Below are positions 51,001 through 63,697 of a DNA stretch of 64,000 nucleotides, in pieces. The stretch is taken from positions 1,736,001-1,800,000 of the forward strand of contig JAYWIR010000007.1 of the NCBI GenBank assembly GCA_036172245.1. The letters run 5' to 3'. The notes beneath the pieces are model-generated. The model was not told the DNA's origin. It worked only from the letters and a program-made list of their open reading frames with translations, and ran no database searches. Position numbers and translations under genes: made by a program. The number at the start of each line of letters is the position of its first letter. The stretch's first letter is position 1. The DNA is from Raillietiella orientalis. Its lineage: Eukaryota.

Positions 51001-52070
51001 CAAGAAGGAAAGAAAAAATGCTCAAACGTCGATGCGGAAAACTGCATCAGCTCACTCGCAGTCCGTCATCCGAGATTCCTCGAGTGTCCGTCTGCACTGA
51101 CGTGCCGTAAACGAAAGCCAAAGTTATGGAGCTCCTGATTGCAAGTGTTGCAATTCTTCAAAGAATATCGGAGGAAGGAATACGAGCAGATGCACTTTCT
51201 ATTCATTTCCTTCTCTCTCCCTTTCTCTCTCCCTCTCTCTCTCTGTCCAGGCAAGTTTTTGTGTTTGCATTGCAAATTTATTAGAAATAATCTATCGCTA
51301 GAACAAGTATTCTCCCCCCCCCCCTCCCCTTCATTTTGGGAAGGTTGCTATGCCTCCGTGCAACAGCGTCTCCTGCAACCAAGCAGCATCCACCCGAAGA
51401 TGAAAAGAGAAAAGTGAAAAATGGCTTCTTGCACACTCCTCGTTAAAGAAGAGGAGCGGATGCAAAATCCCCCCCCCCCCCCAAACGAATTCCATCGCGT
51501 TTCCTTCTTCCTTTTTTTTTTTTTTTTTTTTTCCTGTTTTTGCCACGGTCTGTTGCCTGAGCAATCTAGGCGTTCCCCGTTTGTGCAGGGAGCAATCCTC
51601 GTTCCTCTCCTTCGCGTGTCATGTAAATAACGGAGGAAGCTGTAAAACGCTGTTCTCTCATAAATTAAAACGCTGATTGCCCGCAAGTTTGATCGCAGCC
51701 GTTTGACACTCAATAAAAGTTTTAAAAGTTTGAGGAAAATACGGCACAAATGATGGAGAGCGCAGATTTCATCTCGGGCGCTGTCTCCGTCTCCGACGCG
51801 TTCCGATCTTAATCCCGCTGAAAGAAAATACGAGTCCGAGAGAGAATACAAATGCTGGTCCTCGCATTCAGCAGCAGCTTCAAAGCCTCGGCATTTTGAC
51901 GACGACGACGACGCTGTATCCGTTTTTTTTTTTTTTTTTTTTTTCTCCTTTTTCCCACCACATTCCACGTTTCCGTGTCGGTGCACGGCGGTGGCGGCTC
52001 GAGCCAGAGAACACGGCAACGGGTCGCGAGGTTTGCATCCGAGGCTGCAGCTTCCCGTCACGACAACACG

Positions 52071-52071
<1 letters not shown>

Positions 52072-52112
<41 letters not shown>
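52072..52112. repeat. (CGT)n microsatellite
   Basis: About 13 perfect CGT units read directly. Confidence 0.95.
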
Positions 52113-52113
<1 letters not shown>

Positions 52114-55100
52114 ACGCCACGCCTCTCGTGTGTGTCACTCGCCGTGCGCGCGCGCGGTTTCCTCGGCACGACGCGTTCCGACACGATGCCGTGTTTTTCA
52201 TCACGCCAGGCAAATATTTCCGTTTCCTCTGTGTACCTTCTGAAAAGCTGTTTTCTTTCGCCTAATGATCGAAATTGCAGTTTCATCGATGGGATATGCG
52301 TAGGATCGCAGGAACTCGGCTCGGTCCCACGCCTGGACAACGACCGGTTCCATGCGAAACAGCGACGACGACAGCAGCGTGGCTCCCCCCCCCCCCCCCA
52401 CCCCCAAAGCTTCCCTGCCGAACATCCCGAGGAAAAACGGGAGGTCTCCTCGGCTCCTAGGAAACGAAAACGAAACGGATTCCTTTCTATTCTCCGGTGT
52501 TCCGTGTACTGCACAATATGTTACACACATCACAGAATCAATAATGCTGCAGTACTTTAACAAATGCACACACAATAGGAGAGCGTTTCATTTGTAACGA
52601 ACGAGGAGGGATGCTGTTGCCTTCGATTTTCCGAAAGGATCTTTCGGACAGCCAACTCTGTTTCCGAGTTTTTAATGAGCAAAGCAACAGCTAAGAAAGG
52701 AAAAAAAAGGAAAGAAGGGAGGGGGGGGGGGAAGAGAGAGAGAAGAAAACAGTGAAACGAACTCGATGCTCCCAGAGAAAGGATGAATATGATCCATGGA
52801 AGGATCTGAGGATCCTTTGCTTTTCCGAGAAGGATGACGAGGGGCTGTACGCTGCATGTTTTTGTTTTTGTTTTTCTGGAAAGGCGCTGCGCAGCAGCTT
52901 CGAGCGCCACCGTGCCTGTGAAGGATTTGGCGGCTCGGAAGGACGAGCGCAGGGGACCGTTTTCCTGCCTTTCGCAGTGACCGGGACCCAGGCGGAATCT
53001 GTAAGGGAGCGTGCAGGAGGAGGCGACCATCCTGACTGCGTTTCCGAATGCCTCGGTGCTGGGCATCTCTTCCCTTTCCGTCTTCCCGAAAGCTGCGAAC
53101 CAACAACCACCTTGTCCCCGGTCCTTGCTGCGTCGCTCGAGAGGCGCCCCTCGCCCTCTGGACAAGGGGCTGCGCTGCGAAAGAGCAGGCCGGGGACGGG
53201 GCTGCGAAAATTCCTGCCTGTCTTGAAGGGTGCACGGGCTCTCCGTCGGCATGGCGACCGACTGCAGCTCCACACATCCTGCCAGAAGAGGGGGCTACGT
53301 TATGAGAGGCGGGATCGTCGGGCCTGCACGGGACAGGGAGGAGGGAGGGAGAAAGAGGAAGAAAGGAGTTTGCAGCAGGGAGGAGGAGGAATCGTCCGTG
53401 TATGTGGGGAGGGCGAGTCGAAGTTGCGGAACCGTTTCGTACCGTTCGCAGAAAGAAGAGAAAAAAAAAAAAAAAAAAAAAGGAGGGGGTGGGAAGGGAG
53501 GGGGAGGAAGACGCCAGCAGGAATCGGCAGCTCTCGAAACGTCCCGGTCGCGGATGCGGGAGGAATCTTCTCGCGCGAAGGAAGCAATGAATCGCCGCGC
53601 ACGCGGCTGCACTGTCGTAGGCGCGCGCGCGAGTGACGGGGAAATCGATACGCGAGAGAGGCGGATGTCACGTCATCACCAACGAGCGTGATGATGATGG
53701 AAGGTCGGGCGCCCGCGCGTGGCGCGCCTGCCCTCCTCCCCCTCTGCTGCCGCCAAAAAGCGGAGCTGGCGCAATCGATAGAAGGGGGAAATACACAACG
53801 CGGGAAGGAGGGGAGGGAAGGAAGAAAGGAAGAGGAGAAGGGGGGGGGGGAAGTATATGAAAAAATGAGAAAGGTTCGGTTTGGAGGCTGGCGAAAAGCC
53901 GTGAATGCCGGCGGGAGCGGGACACTGGGGATTCCTTAGCTCCTCTCTCCCTTTTCATTTCATTTTTCATTCGGGGAGAAGGGGGGGGGGGAAGCGAAAG
54001 GGGTAGAGGGCGTGGGAGAAAGTTCCTCCCGGTCGAGCCGCCGGCCTCCGCGGCGTCCGGGAGGGGAGAGGAGTAGCCGAACGGACGAAAGTTGGTTCCT
54101 TGGGAAAAACCCCTAGCGAGCAGGGAACGCCACCTCCTGAGTAACGCTTGGGAGGAACGAGCCGAATCTGGGGGGTCTTGCGACGCAGAAGGGGAAGAGG
54201 GGGGAGGAATGAAGGGGACGCCGTTTTCGGCCGGCGCGGAGTTGGCCCTTCTCCGACCCCCGACCGGGCCGAGAGCAAAAGCCATTCCAGGAACAGCGGA
54301 GGGGAGAGGAGGGGACGAAGTACGTCGAGAAAGGGTCGCGCGGAGGAGACCACACTCCCGGTGGGATATCCCTTTCGTCAAGGAGAAGGCGAGGAGGGTA
54401 AGACACACGTTTGGCTCGCGCAGGCGAAGAAGGGGTCCTCGCGGGCGGGTGGGGTGCGTGGAAGAGAGGTGCGCAGGCATCAGTTCGTGCGTGCTTGTTC
54501 CGACAGGAGGCGGTGACGCTGCGTCTGCGCTGCAGGGAGAAAACGAGTGTGGGCGAGGTGCCTATAGGGGGGATGGAGGAGTGTCCTTGGTGAAGGAAGG
54601 GTGGAATGGATGCCGCTTTAAGGGAAAGTTCGTGCAAGAACCATCAACGGACCCAAGGGTGCCGCGACAGGAGTGTCGCTATGTCTTCCTCCTCTTCCCT
54701 TCCCCACTTCCGCCCTCACTCCCCCCTTTCTTCACTCCTCGTGGACGAACCCTCCTCCGAAGCGCGTCATCGAAACTCTCCCGGAATCAAATCCAGAGCA
54801 GGAGAAGACGCAAAGATGGAGGCGGAGGGTGTCTCTTTTTTTCTCCACCGAAGGGGGCGTGGATGGGGGGAAAGGGTCGCACAGAGAGGAGAAACGGGTT
54901 GATATGCGTTCCGGTCCCGAATACGGAAGGGTGTGCTTCCGGGTCCATCGCACGGCAGGGGGATCCGAACCGAGAGCGATGGTGGCTGGGCGGGGGCCAT
55001 CAAAAGGCGCGCGCTCTCTCGCCGCAGCCAATGGGTCTGCGGTCCGGACGGATGGCTTTCCTCCGTCACCATGGGGGGACTGGTGAAGAGGGTTGCCTGC

Positions 55101-58100
55101 ATTTAGCCAGGTCGGAGCACTCCCACCCAGCCCTCTCCCTTCCCGCAGAGCCCCGTTAGCGGTATCTCGGCGTATCGAAGGGGTAGGAGGAGGGGGAAGG
55201 GGAAGAGAGAGAAACAGAAGGGGCGCGTGAGGCTTTGCCAACGCACTCGAAGGAACGGCAGAAGCGGGACGGGTAGGCACAACAGGATGGGGGGAGAGAA
55301 TGCTTTTGCTGCGTCCATTCCCACCACGACACCTCTGCGCGGAAGCCGTGCAGCTTCTCCTTCCGCCCGGGGGAACTCGGGCGGAAGGAGAAGGGGAGAG
55401 GGCGTAAAGGAAGACGGTCGAGGGAGGCCGACCGGCGACAGCCACCCAGCCGCCGAGCACGGGAGGGCAGGCTACGCGAGAAGGTTCCGTGGGTTTTTGG
55501 CAACCTTGGGGAGGGGGAAAGCTCCCAGGTCTTCCGCCGCCTGGAGGCGATTCGCGCGGTTCTCCGAGACCGCGCACGGCTTGCGTCTGCGGGATGCTCA
55601 CAGACTTTCCGCAGTGGAACCCGGAGCTCTTCCCGTGCTCCCCCGTCCTGGACGCTCTGAGCCTTCTCCGGCGTCCGCAGCAGCGAGGGCGAGGAGGCCG
55701 TGGGGTGCGGAGCTCCCCGAGTGCGCGTGTCAGCGAGGAAGGGAAGCGCAACCAGCCCATTGCCTCCCAGCAGCGGACGATCCCCCAGCGGGACCGATCT
55801 TCTTCCCCCGCCCTTCGTCCTCCCCCACGTCGCGGCGGCATAGACCTTGCTGCTGCTGCGCCCTCGGCCGGACGGGGGAGGAGCAGCACACAAATTGAGT
55901 CCGTCGGCGCGGAGGGGGAGGGAGAAAGGAGAGGATGCCTGAGAGAACGCTTCAGAAGGAACGGCAAGCCGGAAAGGGGGGGCAGGGCAGGGAGGGGGTG
56001 GCAGTCGGGATCAGGGAAAGAAAGGACCTGCTCCGATCTGTGGGGGCGCGCGCTTTCATTTTTTGCCTCTCATCTTCCTCCCCCCGTCCTCCTCCCCCCT
56101 ACCCCCTTTTCCGATCACCGCGAAGAGACCGAGAAGGGGGGGGGAGAGGGGGACTGCGCGCTCGGGCCGCCGCCGACGCGCTGGTGCGGATGCCTCTCGC
56201 CTTAATTGGGGAAGTCGCGTGACGAACGCCAGACGCCTCGCGCGAGCGCGACCCTACGGCACACGCCACCCGCTCGGTCCCGCCGGGAACGACCTCTCCG
56301 CATGCACGCAGCCAGACGTGCCCTAACCTTGGCAACAGGACAAGGACGCGAGGGAGGGAAGGGAGCGTCGTTTCCCCCCCCCCCTCCCTCCCTCCTATCC
56401 CGCCCCCTTTCTCGGCGGCCTCGCACCCGAAAAGTCGGGCGGATCGATGGCGCGGGGCACTCCGTCCTGCGGGACGGAGGCGCCTCCCCTATCTACCTGC
56501 TGATGTTGTGGGGAGAAATAAAGACGCTCGCTCGCAGCTCCCTTCACCAGGAACGCTTCTGGACGGGACCGAAAGCGCCGAGATTGATCGGGGGAGCTGC
56601 CCGCGAAAAACAGAGAGCCTCGGGGTGGGAGTGGAGGGAGGGGCGGTGGGAAAGAAGGGGGGGGGGTGCAGAGCAGTGGAAGGGAGCCGCTCTCCCGCCA
56701 CTGCCACCTTCGGTCGCTCCCCCTCCGCGGTCTTCCCGGCCGGCCCGGCTCCGCCTGCGCGGGAAAGCGGGAGGGACGGGGACGTCTGCTGTGGCAGCCC
56801 TCCGTCCCGAAGGAGGAGAGGGCGTGGAGGTGGGGTAGAGAGGGACCTTGCCCCGAAGGACGGGAAATCCGCAGCCTCGGCACCCCCCGCGGACCCAGGC
56901 CGCAAAGGTCAGCGCGAGTGCTCCTCCACTTCCTTCCCCGTTGCATCCGCGAGGAGGGAGGGAAGCCGCGTTCCTGGGAGGGAGGCTGCCAAAGGTGTGA
57001 GTCGCCACGGCGGCTGCGCGACGCCTGGCCCCCGGAGGGAGTGCCGCGGAAGGGAAGGCGTTGTGAAGGAGGGGTGCGCGTTAGGAAGGGTTGGTTCCTC
57101 GCGCACCCCGAAAACGTGGCGGACGGGCGTTCCTCCCTCCGAGGAGAGCTCAAGGGGCGGGCGAGGGCGGGAACGAACGACAATGGCGTGAGAAGAGTTA
57201 GCGTGCGCGCCCCTCCCCGAGGGGGGGAGAGGGGAAGAGCCAGTGGCTGTGGGTCTGCTCCCTGACTCGGTAGTGGCCGGTTTCGCAGGCGCTTAACCCG
57301 GAGTCCCCCCAAGGTGACCCACCCTTCGATTTTCGTAGCGGGGAAGAGGAATTGTGTGTGTGTGGGGGGGGAGGCTTTGGCTTCCCGCTTCCCGGGGTTC
57401 GAGGAAGCGGCTTGGAAAGGTTCCCCGTCCTGCGTCCCTCTCCCTCCGTTCCTCCGAGGGCAGGCTCGCGGGGAGAAGGGGCCAGGCTATACGCAAGCGG
57501 GACCACCCATCTCCGCTTTCTGCTCCGGGACGTGGCGGGCTGGTGGAACTGGAGCGCGCCCAAGGAGACCTCGGACGGGCCTCGCTGGTGGATACTTCCC
57601 TCCTCCCCTTACCCCCTATTGTGTCTCTCCGGAAGTGCTGCCGCCGATCTTCCTCCGGATCGCAACTCGCGTGCATGCGCGCCCTTTCTGTGGGACCCCT
57701 TTGCTGCTTCCAGCGACAGTGACCCATCCCTTCCGCAGGGGCGAGATGAGGCAGGAAGACTCTCCGGGAGGAGGCGAGGCGGCCAGTCTCTCGTCCTCCG
57801 GAGGCGGCTGCACGGCGACCCTGGCACCCCGAGGGGAGACGGGTGGGCGGCAGGGCGACGGATTCCGGCATGCAGGGTCCTCCTTGCCCCCTCCTCCTCT
57901 TTGCCAGGGCCGGACGGTGCCCTGTGGCGGTGGAGAGACCTTCCACTGAGGCAGCATCCCCCAAAGAAAATGGGGAAGAGGGGGGGGGGGAGGATGAACG
58001 AAAAGGGTCAACGAGGGAGGAAGGACGACGTGGGAACGTGGACGTGCGCGAAGGCAGACCGCTGAGACCGTGAGAGCTCGGTGACGGCACAGAGGAGCAC

Positions 58101-58899
58101 GTTGCATTTTGGGGGGGGACGGGGAGAAAAGGGGTTGAGTGGAGAGCAATTCCTAGCCACAGGGCTTGTCGGGCTGGAGGCTTCGTTTCATCAGACGGGT
58201 TCCTTCCTGAGGCATCTTGCGCTGGGGTTAGGCCTCCCCATCCCTTCTGTTCCCAGCTGCACTCGCCGCGGCCCGCTCAGGAAGGCGCGCGCATCAATCC
58301 CAGAGGGACGACGCTTCATCATTCTTCGCAAAGGGAGCAGCGCGGACCGGCGGATTCCTCCTTCCCCTCCAAGATGGCGCGCACGCGTGCTTCGGGTTCG
58401 TCCGCCGCTTCTCCCGTCGGTTTCGCAAGCTCGGATGCGTCAGCAGCGCCTGCCGGGGCTTTGCCAAGCGTGTCTTCCGCTGCTCACGGAAGCGAAAAGG
58501 AAGCTGATCTTCGGCGCAGGCAGGCGAGAGCCAGGGCGTCCAGGAGATCGCACACGCCATTCCTGCAGTAGCCGAACGTCAGCACACTGAGAGTGAAGAG
58601 TGGACCTGACGAGGAGATGCATGAGAAACACACACAAAGTGTCTTCTTTGCTCTGTCTACTTCCCCTTACCGAGAAAGAGGTCCCGTGTCCTTTCCCGAG
58701 AATGAGGAGGGCTCATGGGAACATCGCAAGTGCACTGAGAGGCGGCATGCGAACGATAAACGTCTCCTCCGCTGCATGGATCCGAGGACCGCAGAGTGGA
58801 CCTACTTGGTCCGGCTTTAAAAACGAAAAGACTCCACGACCGCGTGGTCGCATCCTCGTCCGGAGCGGCAAACGCTATCGGCGACACCAAAGGGAAAAC

Positions 58900-59129
58900 G
58901 CACAGGCGGTCTGCTTGACACCAAAAGGCAGCCGCGAAGCAGCAAGGATCCTTGTCCTTCTGATGAGCACTTTGATAGTCTCTTCCGTTTCCAAGTGAAT
59001 GCCAGCGTTGATGTGCAAACACGGTTGCCAGTATACGAATTCCATTACGCCCGCTCCCTTCCCTTCTTCCTTTTCCTTTTTTGACTTAAGTGACTTCCAG
59101 TGGAAACACTGCCGCGGAATGCACCGTGG

Positions 59130-59164
<35 letters not shown>

Positions 59165-60050
59165 TTCCAGTGTAAAAACAAATATAATCCCCTCTTCCTT
59201 TTTTTCCTTTTTTGAGCAGGAGAACTCTCCCCCAAAAGTTCCCCCTATGAAGCTGCTTTCCGTTGCGTTTCAATAATTCCACTGCGATTCGACAACCAGC
59301 AGACCACGGTGCATAGGGAAACGCCTGTGCAGGTGTTGGGGAAGATTCCCAGTCGCCGGCTCGTTTTCTTATGCACATTCTGGTAGCAACACTTGGAAGC
59401 GCCTCGAAGCTCGATCCGGGATTAAAAATACATTGGCTGAGGTGTTGGTGCACACCGTCGATCTCTGGATGTTGCGTCTCGAGCTTTTGGTTCATTTTAA
59501 GCATCCATTATTTACGTTTCCGTTCAGAGATTCGCCGTGGGCTAGGCGTCTTCTTTCAGCAGCGACGCCGATCCGAATCATTTCTGTGTGTGCGTTGTCC
59601 TTCCGGCTTCGCTTCGGAGATCGGGTTGCTTGGGAACGGCGTCGTCGAGGAGTTTCGTTCGAAGAGCGAGTGTGAATCCGAGCCCAAGGTAGCACCCATC
59701 CTTGTGACCATTATAGGATTCATAACGTAGGTTCGTGTGCTGTCGTCCATGCACTACTGCTTCTGCGAATCGCCATCCACAGTGTTTACATGTGGTTATC
59801 ATCCTATTTTTATGTCGAACACTTGTAGCTGTGTTCTATGATCACAGTGTACTCTTAAACGTATTTTACGCCGGAGCAATCCTTTCTGCTCTGAACAAAC
59901 GCTCGCATCATGGCAGATGGCAATTGATCCATCTATCTGTCCTCTTTCGCTCACGCTTTGAAATCCGGGGCGGGGTCGCGCACGACTCTCGGAACGGCAT
60001 TCCGGTGTACAAGTCCTGTTCGGGAGAACAGAGTGTTCGATGTACAGTTT
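58900..60050 (-). mobile_element. Decayed Tc1/mariner-like transposase remnant with internal poly(A) expansion
   Basis: ORF 58875..59504 has AFPYAPWSAG (cf. FP.RWIG), CFHWKSLKSK (cf. FLWG.LKSKVY) and CLHINAGIHLE (cf. CI..NGGHFE). A run of about 31 A at 59130-59160 interrupts it. Confidence 0.45.
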
Positions 60051-60649
60051 GATTTTACTTTTCGAAGTGAATGGCGGATCTAATCCACGGTCCCTCACAC
60101 CTTTCGTCTCTCCTCCGTTTCCCAAAACACGTGCTCTCCTGCGAGCACCAGCAAAACGGGATCGATCGCTGCCTGATCCGATCCCCCCCCCCCCTCCTCC
60201 AAGCACACACTTCCCACTTTCCGTTTCAGCAAGACATATCCCTTCCCCCCCCCCATCGGAACACCGGGACGATGGGATGCGAGCGGAGCAGGATCCGGTG
60301 TCGAATCGCCGATTTCCGTTCATGTCTTGCTTGGCAGTCCGGCAACCAGATTCCCTCCTCTTCCTCTTCCTGGAGGGTTTCTCGAGAAAAATCGCTCCAG
60401 CTTCACGCGCGACCGCAAGAGCGCGCTGCGCGCGCCCGCGGAACGCGATTAATTGGGAGAACGTTTCCTTGTTGCTTTCATGTGCTCGCCGCGGCCCCCT
60501 TCCCTCCCTCCCGGCGAATGCGAGGACAAAAAGAGAGAGAGAGGGAGAGGGAGAAGAAGAGGAAGAAAGCCTAAAACAAAGATGTCTGTTGGGAATGTTT
60601 TCGAATGCCCTCAAAAGAAATTGTGGAGCGGATCGTTCGCCGGGGATTG

Positions 60650-61250
60650 TAACGAGGTGCTCATCTCATGAGGCAGGTTCCATGAGAACTTAACGGTGGA
60701 GAATCATCATAACAGTGGGGGGATGTGTGGTTTCCCCCAAAGCAGCAGCCGTTCTCATAACCGGATCATCAGCTCCAGCTTCGTTATTCGACAAAGTGAG
60801 CTTTCACTGGCGGGGGAAAATAACGTTTTCGTATGCTGCACGTGTTTCCGATTACCATAAGTAGGCACCTGAGTGCGTTTCTCATGCACGGGGATCGGGA
60901 CGCCCGCATGCAAATTCCCTGCCTCTCCTGCAGAAATTGGCATTGCTTTATGGACATTCCTTTGTGCAGGTGTGAGGCGTGTCGTTCAGACAAATCGCGG
61001 GCATTTGGTTGATCTCGTGGCTGCGTGTCGACGAGGTGATGTTATCCCGAGTCGCGAGGAGGGGGGGGGAAAAACACGTCGCACGGTCGGATTCGTGCCT
61101 CGGATTACCTCCGTGGATGTTCCAGCTGATGTTGCTGTCTTTGGGACTCCCGGATCTCAGCCGGTTGCCCAGCCTCCGAAGGGGAGAGATTCCAAAAGTC
61201 AGCAGCTCGTTCTTCCCTTGCCGACTCCTCCCCTCGCCTCTGCCTCCCTG
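60650..61250 (+). mobile_element. Possible Tc1/mariner-like C-terminal remnant
   Basis: ORF 60873: TGIGTPACKFPASPAEIGIALWTFLCAGVRRVV resembles WIG....WPPRSPDL...DFFLWG.VK..V. Very degenerate. Confidence 0.25.
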
Positions 61251-61390
61251 GCAAGGGAAGTGGCGAGCAGCAGTGGAACCAGGGAAAAGGTTGGGAAAAC
61301 GCTCCCGCCAGCATGCATCCTCTCGAGAGCGCATCATGTGCATACGTGATAAGGGATTGCACCTTCATTCCCTGAGATCTTAATTTCATT

Positions 61391-61416
61391 TCTCTCTCTC
61401 TCTCTCTCTCTCTCTC
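61391..61416. repeat. (CT)n microsatellite
   Basis: Direct reading. Confidence 0.9.
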
Positions 61417-61757
61417 CCGTTCTCTCTCTTTCCCCAAGAAGGCGTTTTGCTTCTTTGACGTCCCGATGATTCTTATTTTGAATACCCGATCGTCTTGGCT
61501 TGCATCGCCGAAGGACATTCGTCCTGGATTTATGTGCACTGTCCCTCCCTCTCGCTGCTTTTCCCTCCGTAGAGAGCGACAGGAAACCTTGAAACCTGGC
61601 TCGCGCGTACCGTTGTTTTTTAGTTCTTTGCCCTTAACGTACGTAAGTACCAGAAGAATTCTTACGGCGGTTGGTCGCGTCGTCGGGAAGCGCGCAACTG
61701 TGTGTGATGTGCCCTCATATGTTAATCCTTTCACAAAACATCGTGTTTCCCTTCCAG

Positions 61758-61932
61758 GAAGCCTACAAAGACTGGGTCTGTTCCATGCTCTTGCCTGTGT
61801 ATTTGTCAGGACGGAGATTGCGACCTTGTAAGAGTTACTGTCTCAGAGTAATGCAGAGGTGTCCTTATTTCTTGCCTACAGATAGGCCAATCAATGAACA
61901 GTATGCTGGAGAACGAAACTTTCTCTGCTTCG
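61758..61932 (+). CDS. NALF1: NALCN channel auxiliary factor (NALF/FAM155 family), second coding exon; gene continues beyond window
   Basis: Acceptor TTTCCCTTCCAG|GAA. Reads EAYKDWVCSMLLPVYLSGRRLRPCKSYCLRVMQRCPYFLPTDRPINEQYAGERNFLCF (cf. FAM155 YKAWLCS...PCKQYCLEVQTRCPFILPD...YGG..SFIC). Donor G|GTAAGT at 61933. Phase matches the exon ending at 44210. Confidence 0.92.
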
Positions 61933-61966
61933 GTAAGTCAGGAGTACCTGCGATGACTGACTAAGC

Positions 61967-61988
61967 GTGTGTGTGTGTGTGTGTGTGT
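61967..61988. repeat. (GT)n microsatellite
   Basis: Direct reading. Confidence 0.9.
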
Positions 61989-63049
61989 TTTGGAATGCTT
62001 CGAGAAACACAAAAGATGTTTCCGAGATCTTTTTTTGAATGCGAACGTCGGAACTTTCGCTTCCTCGCTCCTTCTCCGTTGCAAAGCTTTTTATCCTCCG
62101 CGATGAAGGTGTCCCATTCCTCGACGGGAGAAAGGCTGCCGCGTTTGCTGGCTTCGAACCGCGACCAGGAGGAACGGGGCTGCGTCCCGAGCCTTCTCGA
62201 CTTCTCGAAGGGAACCGAATTCCCCTCGATCCACTTCCGCAGAGACGGTTGCCAACCAGAGCCAGCCATCCGACGTGGACCAAACGCAAGCGAACGAGCG
62301 GGAAGGAGGGGGATCCTCGGAACGGTCGACCTCAGTCGAGGGGGGAGGGAAGAGGGTGGCGACGGAGATGCGCTGCCACTACCGAGTCCCTTGTCGCTGT
62401 CGCTGGTGCTCTCGAGGACCCCGTCCAAGAGGAAGGAGAAGACCCGCGGCGAATTTGGTGGTTTCTCTGTGTGCGCGAGGGTCATCTGCCCCTCGCGACA
62501 AGCAGCCGTCCGTGACTCGCCAGGACCGATGAGCTAGCGAATAGGAGCAGGAAGAATGGTGGCGTCGCTTTCGGCCATGTGCGAACGCGTGTTCGTGTTC
62601 TTGGTCTCCACCTCTGCCGAAGGAACACGATCTCTTTCCCACCCGCTCTCCCGCCTGCAGGAAGCAACCCTGCCGGGGAAACCGCGCTGCCGCGGCGGCT
62701 GACAAGCACGTGGAGCAACCTCCACGTCCGCAGGCCGTCGCGGCTTCTTTCGGACGAGGAGGAGGAGAGGTGGGCAGCAGACGTGAAAACGGGGGAGGGG
62801 GCGCACAGAGGTGTGCGTCTCGTGGACGGGAGGGATGGGCGGGGGGCCTCGTGAGGAGGGAAGGACCCCTCTCGGAGTACCAGTCTGGGAGTTTGCGCTG
62901 GAAAAGCAGGGGCCAAGATCCGCGGCGCCGCTGCTGCGACTGCAAGGGCGCGAGCGGCCGGTCAGCTCCGTAGCGCTCCGCCACGCACGTTCCTCGGAGC
63001 TTCCGGTTGGAATGCCGGCTGGAACGAAGAAAAGGAAGAGTTCGTCCTA

Positions 63050-63620
63050 GGGAAGGCTGGCGACTATCGATCGCGATGCGCGTGAGATGACGCGCGCATT
63101 TCGGATTTGAAAAGGGGAGGAGGGCGTACCAACCATGATGCCGCCGTCCGCATCACACGGTTCGGAAGCGAGAGAGAGGGCAGAGAGATATACTTTTGTA
63201 CAGAGATCCTTTTTCCGTACAGTGCGAGGATCGCATCCGTACACTCGTCCGAAAGGCCGCGTTCGCGATGTGGGAGTTCCGGACGGGCGAAAGCTTCGCC
63301 TTCACCCCAAGGGGGTGCGCGGAGGAATCGAGGATTCTCCGCGTAGGAGCAGGCACGGCTTCTCAAGGCAGGTCATTCGTGCCCCGAGGCGCGATCCACA
63401 GCATCCTGTGTCGCGTTCCTTCACCCTCCCTCGAAGGCGCCGGTACCACGACCAGCGTGGCATGCAGCATGGCTCCACCGCGTGGCAACTGGTTCCTTCG
63501 CACTCCGAACCAAGGCACTGTTGGACACGAAACCAGGCTTTTCCTGCGATCCCGTCCGGGTGTTCGGGAGCGGGCAGAGGCGGGGGATTGTTCAAGCGAA
63601 CGTTGAATTCTTTGGCTCTT
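63050..63620 (+). mobile_element. Decayed Tc1/mariner-like transposase N-terminal (HTH) remnant
   Basis: YTFVQRSFFR (cf. VQR.FR), VRGGIEDSPRRSRHGFSRQV (cf. VR....SP..S.R..S..L) and VPRGAIHSIL (cf. IP.TTV.RIL) in ORFs 63135/63196. Confidence 0.4.
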
Positions 63621-63664
63621 CTGGAACAGATTTTCCTCTTCTTCACCACCACCATGCCTTTCCA

Positions 63665-63692
<28 letters not shown>
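63665..63692. repeat. (GT)n microsatellite
   Basis: Direct reading. Confidence 0.9.
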
Positions 63693-63697
<5 letters not shown>

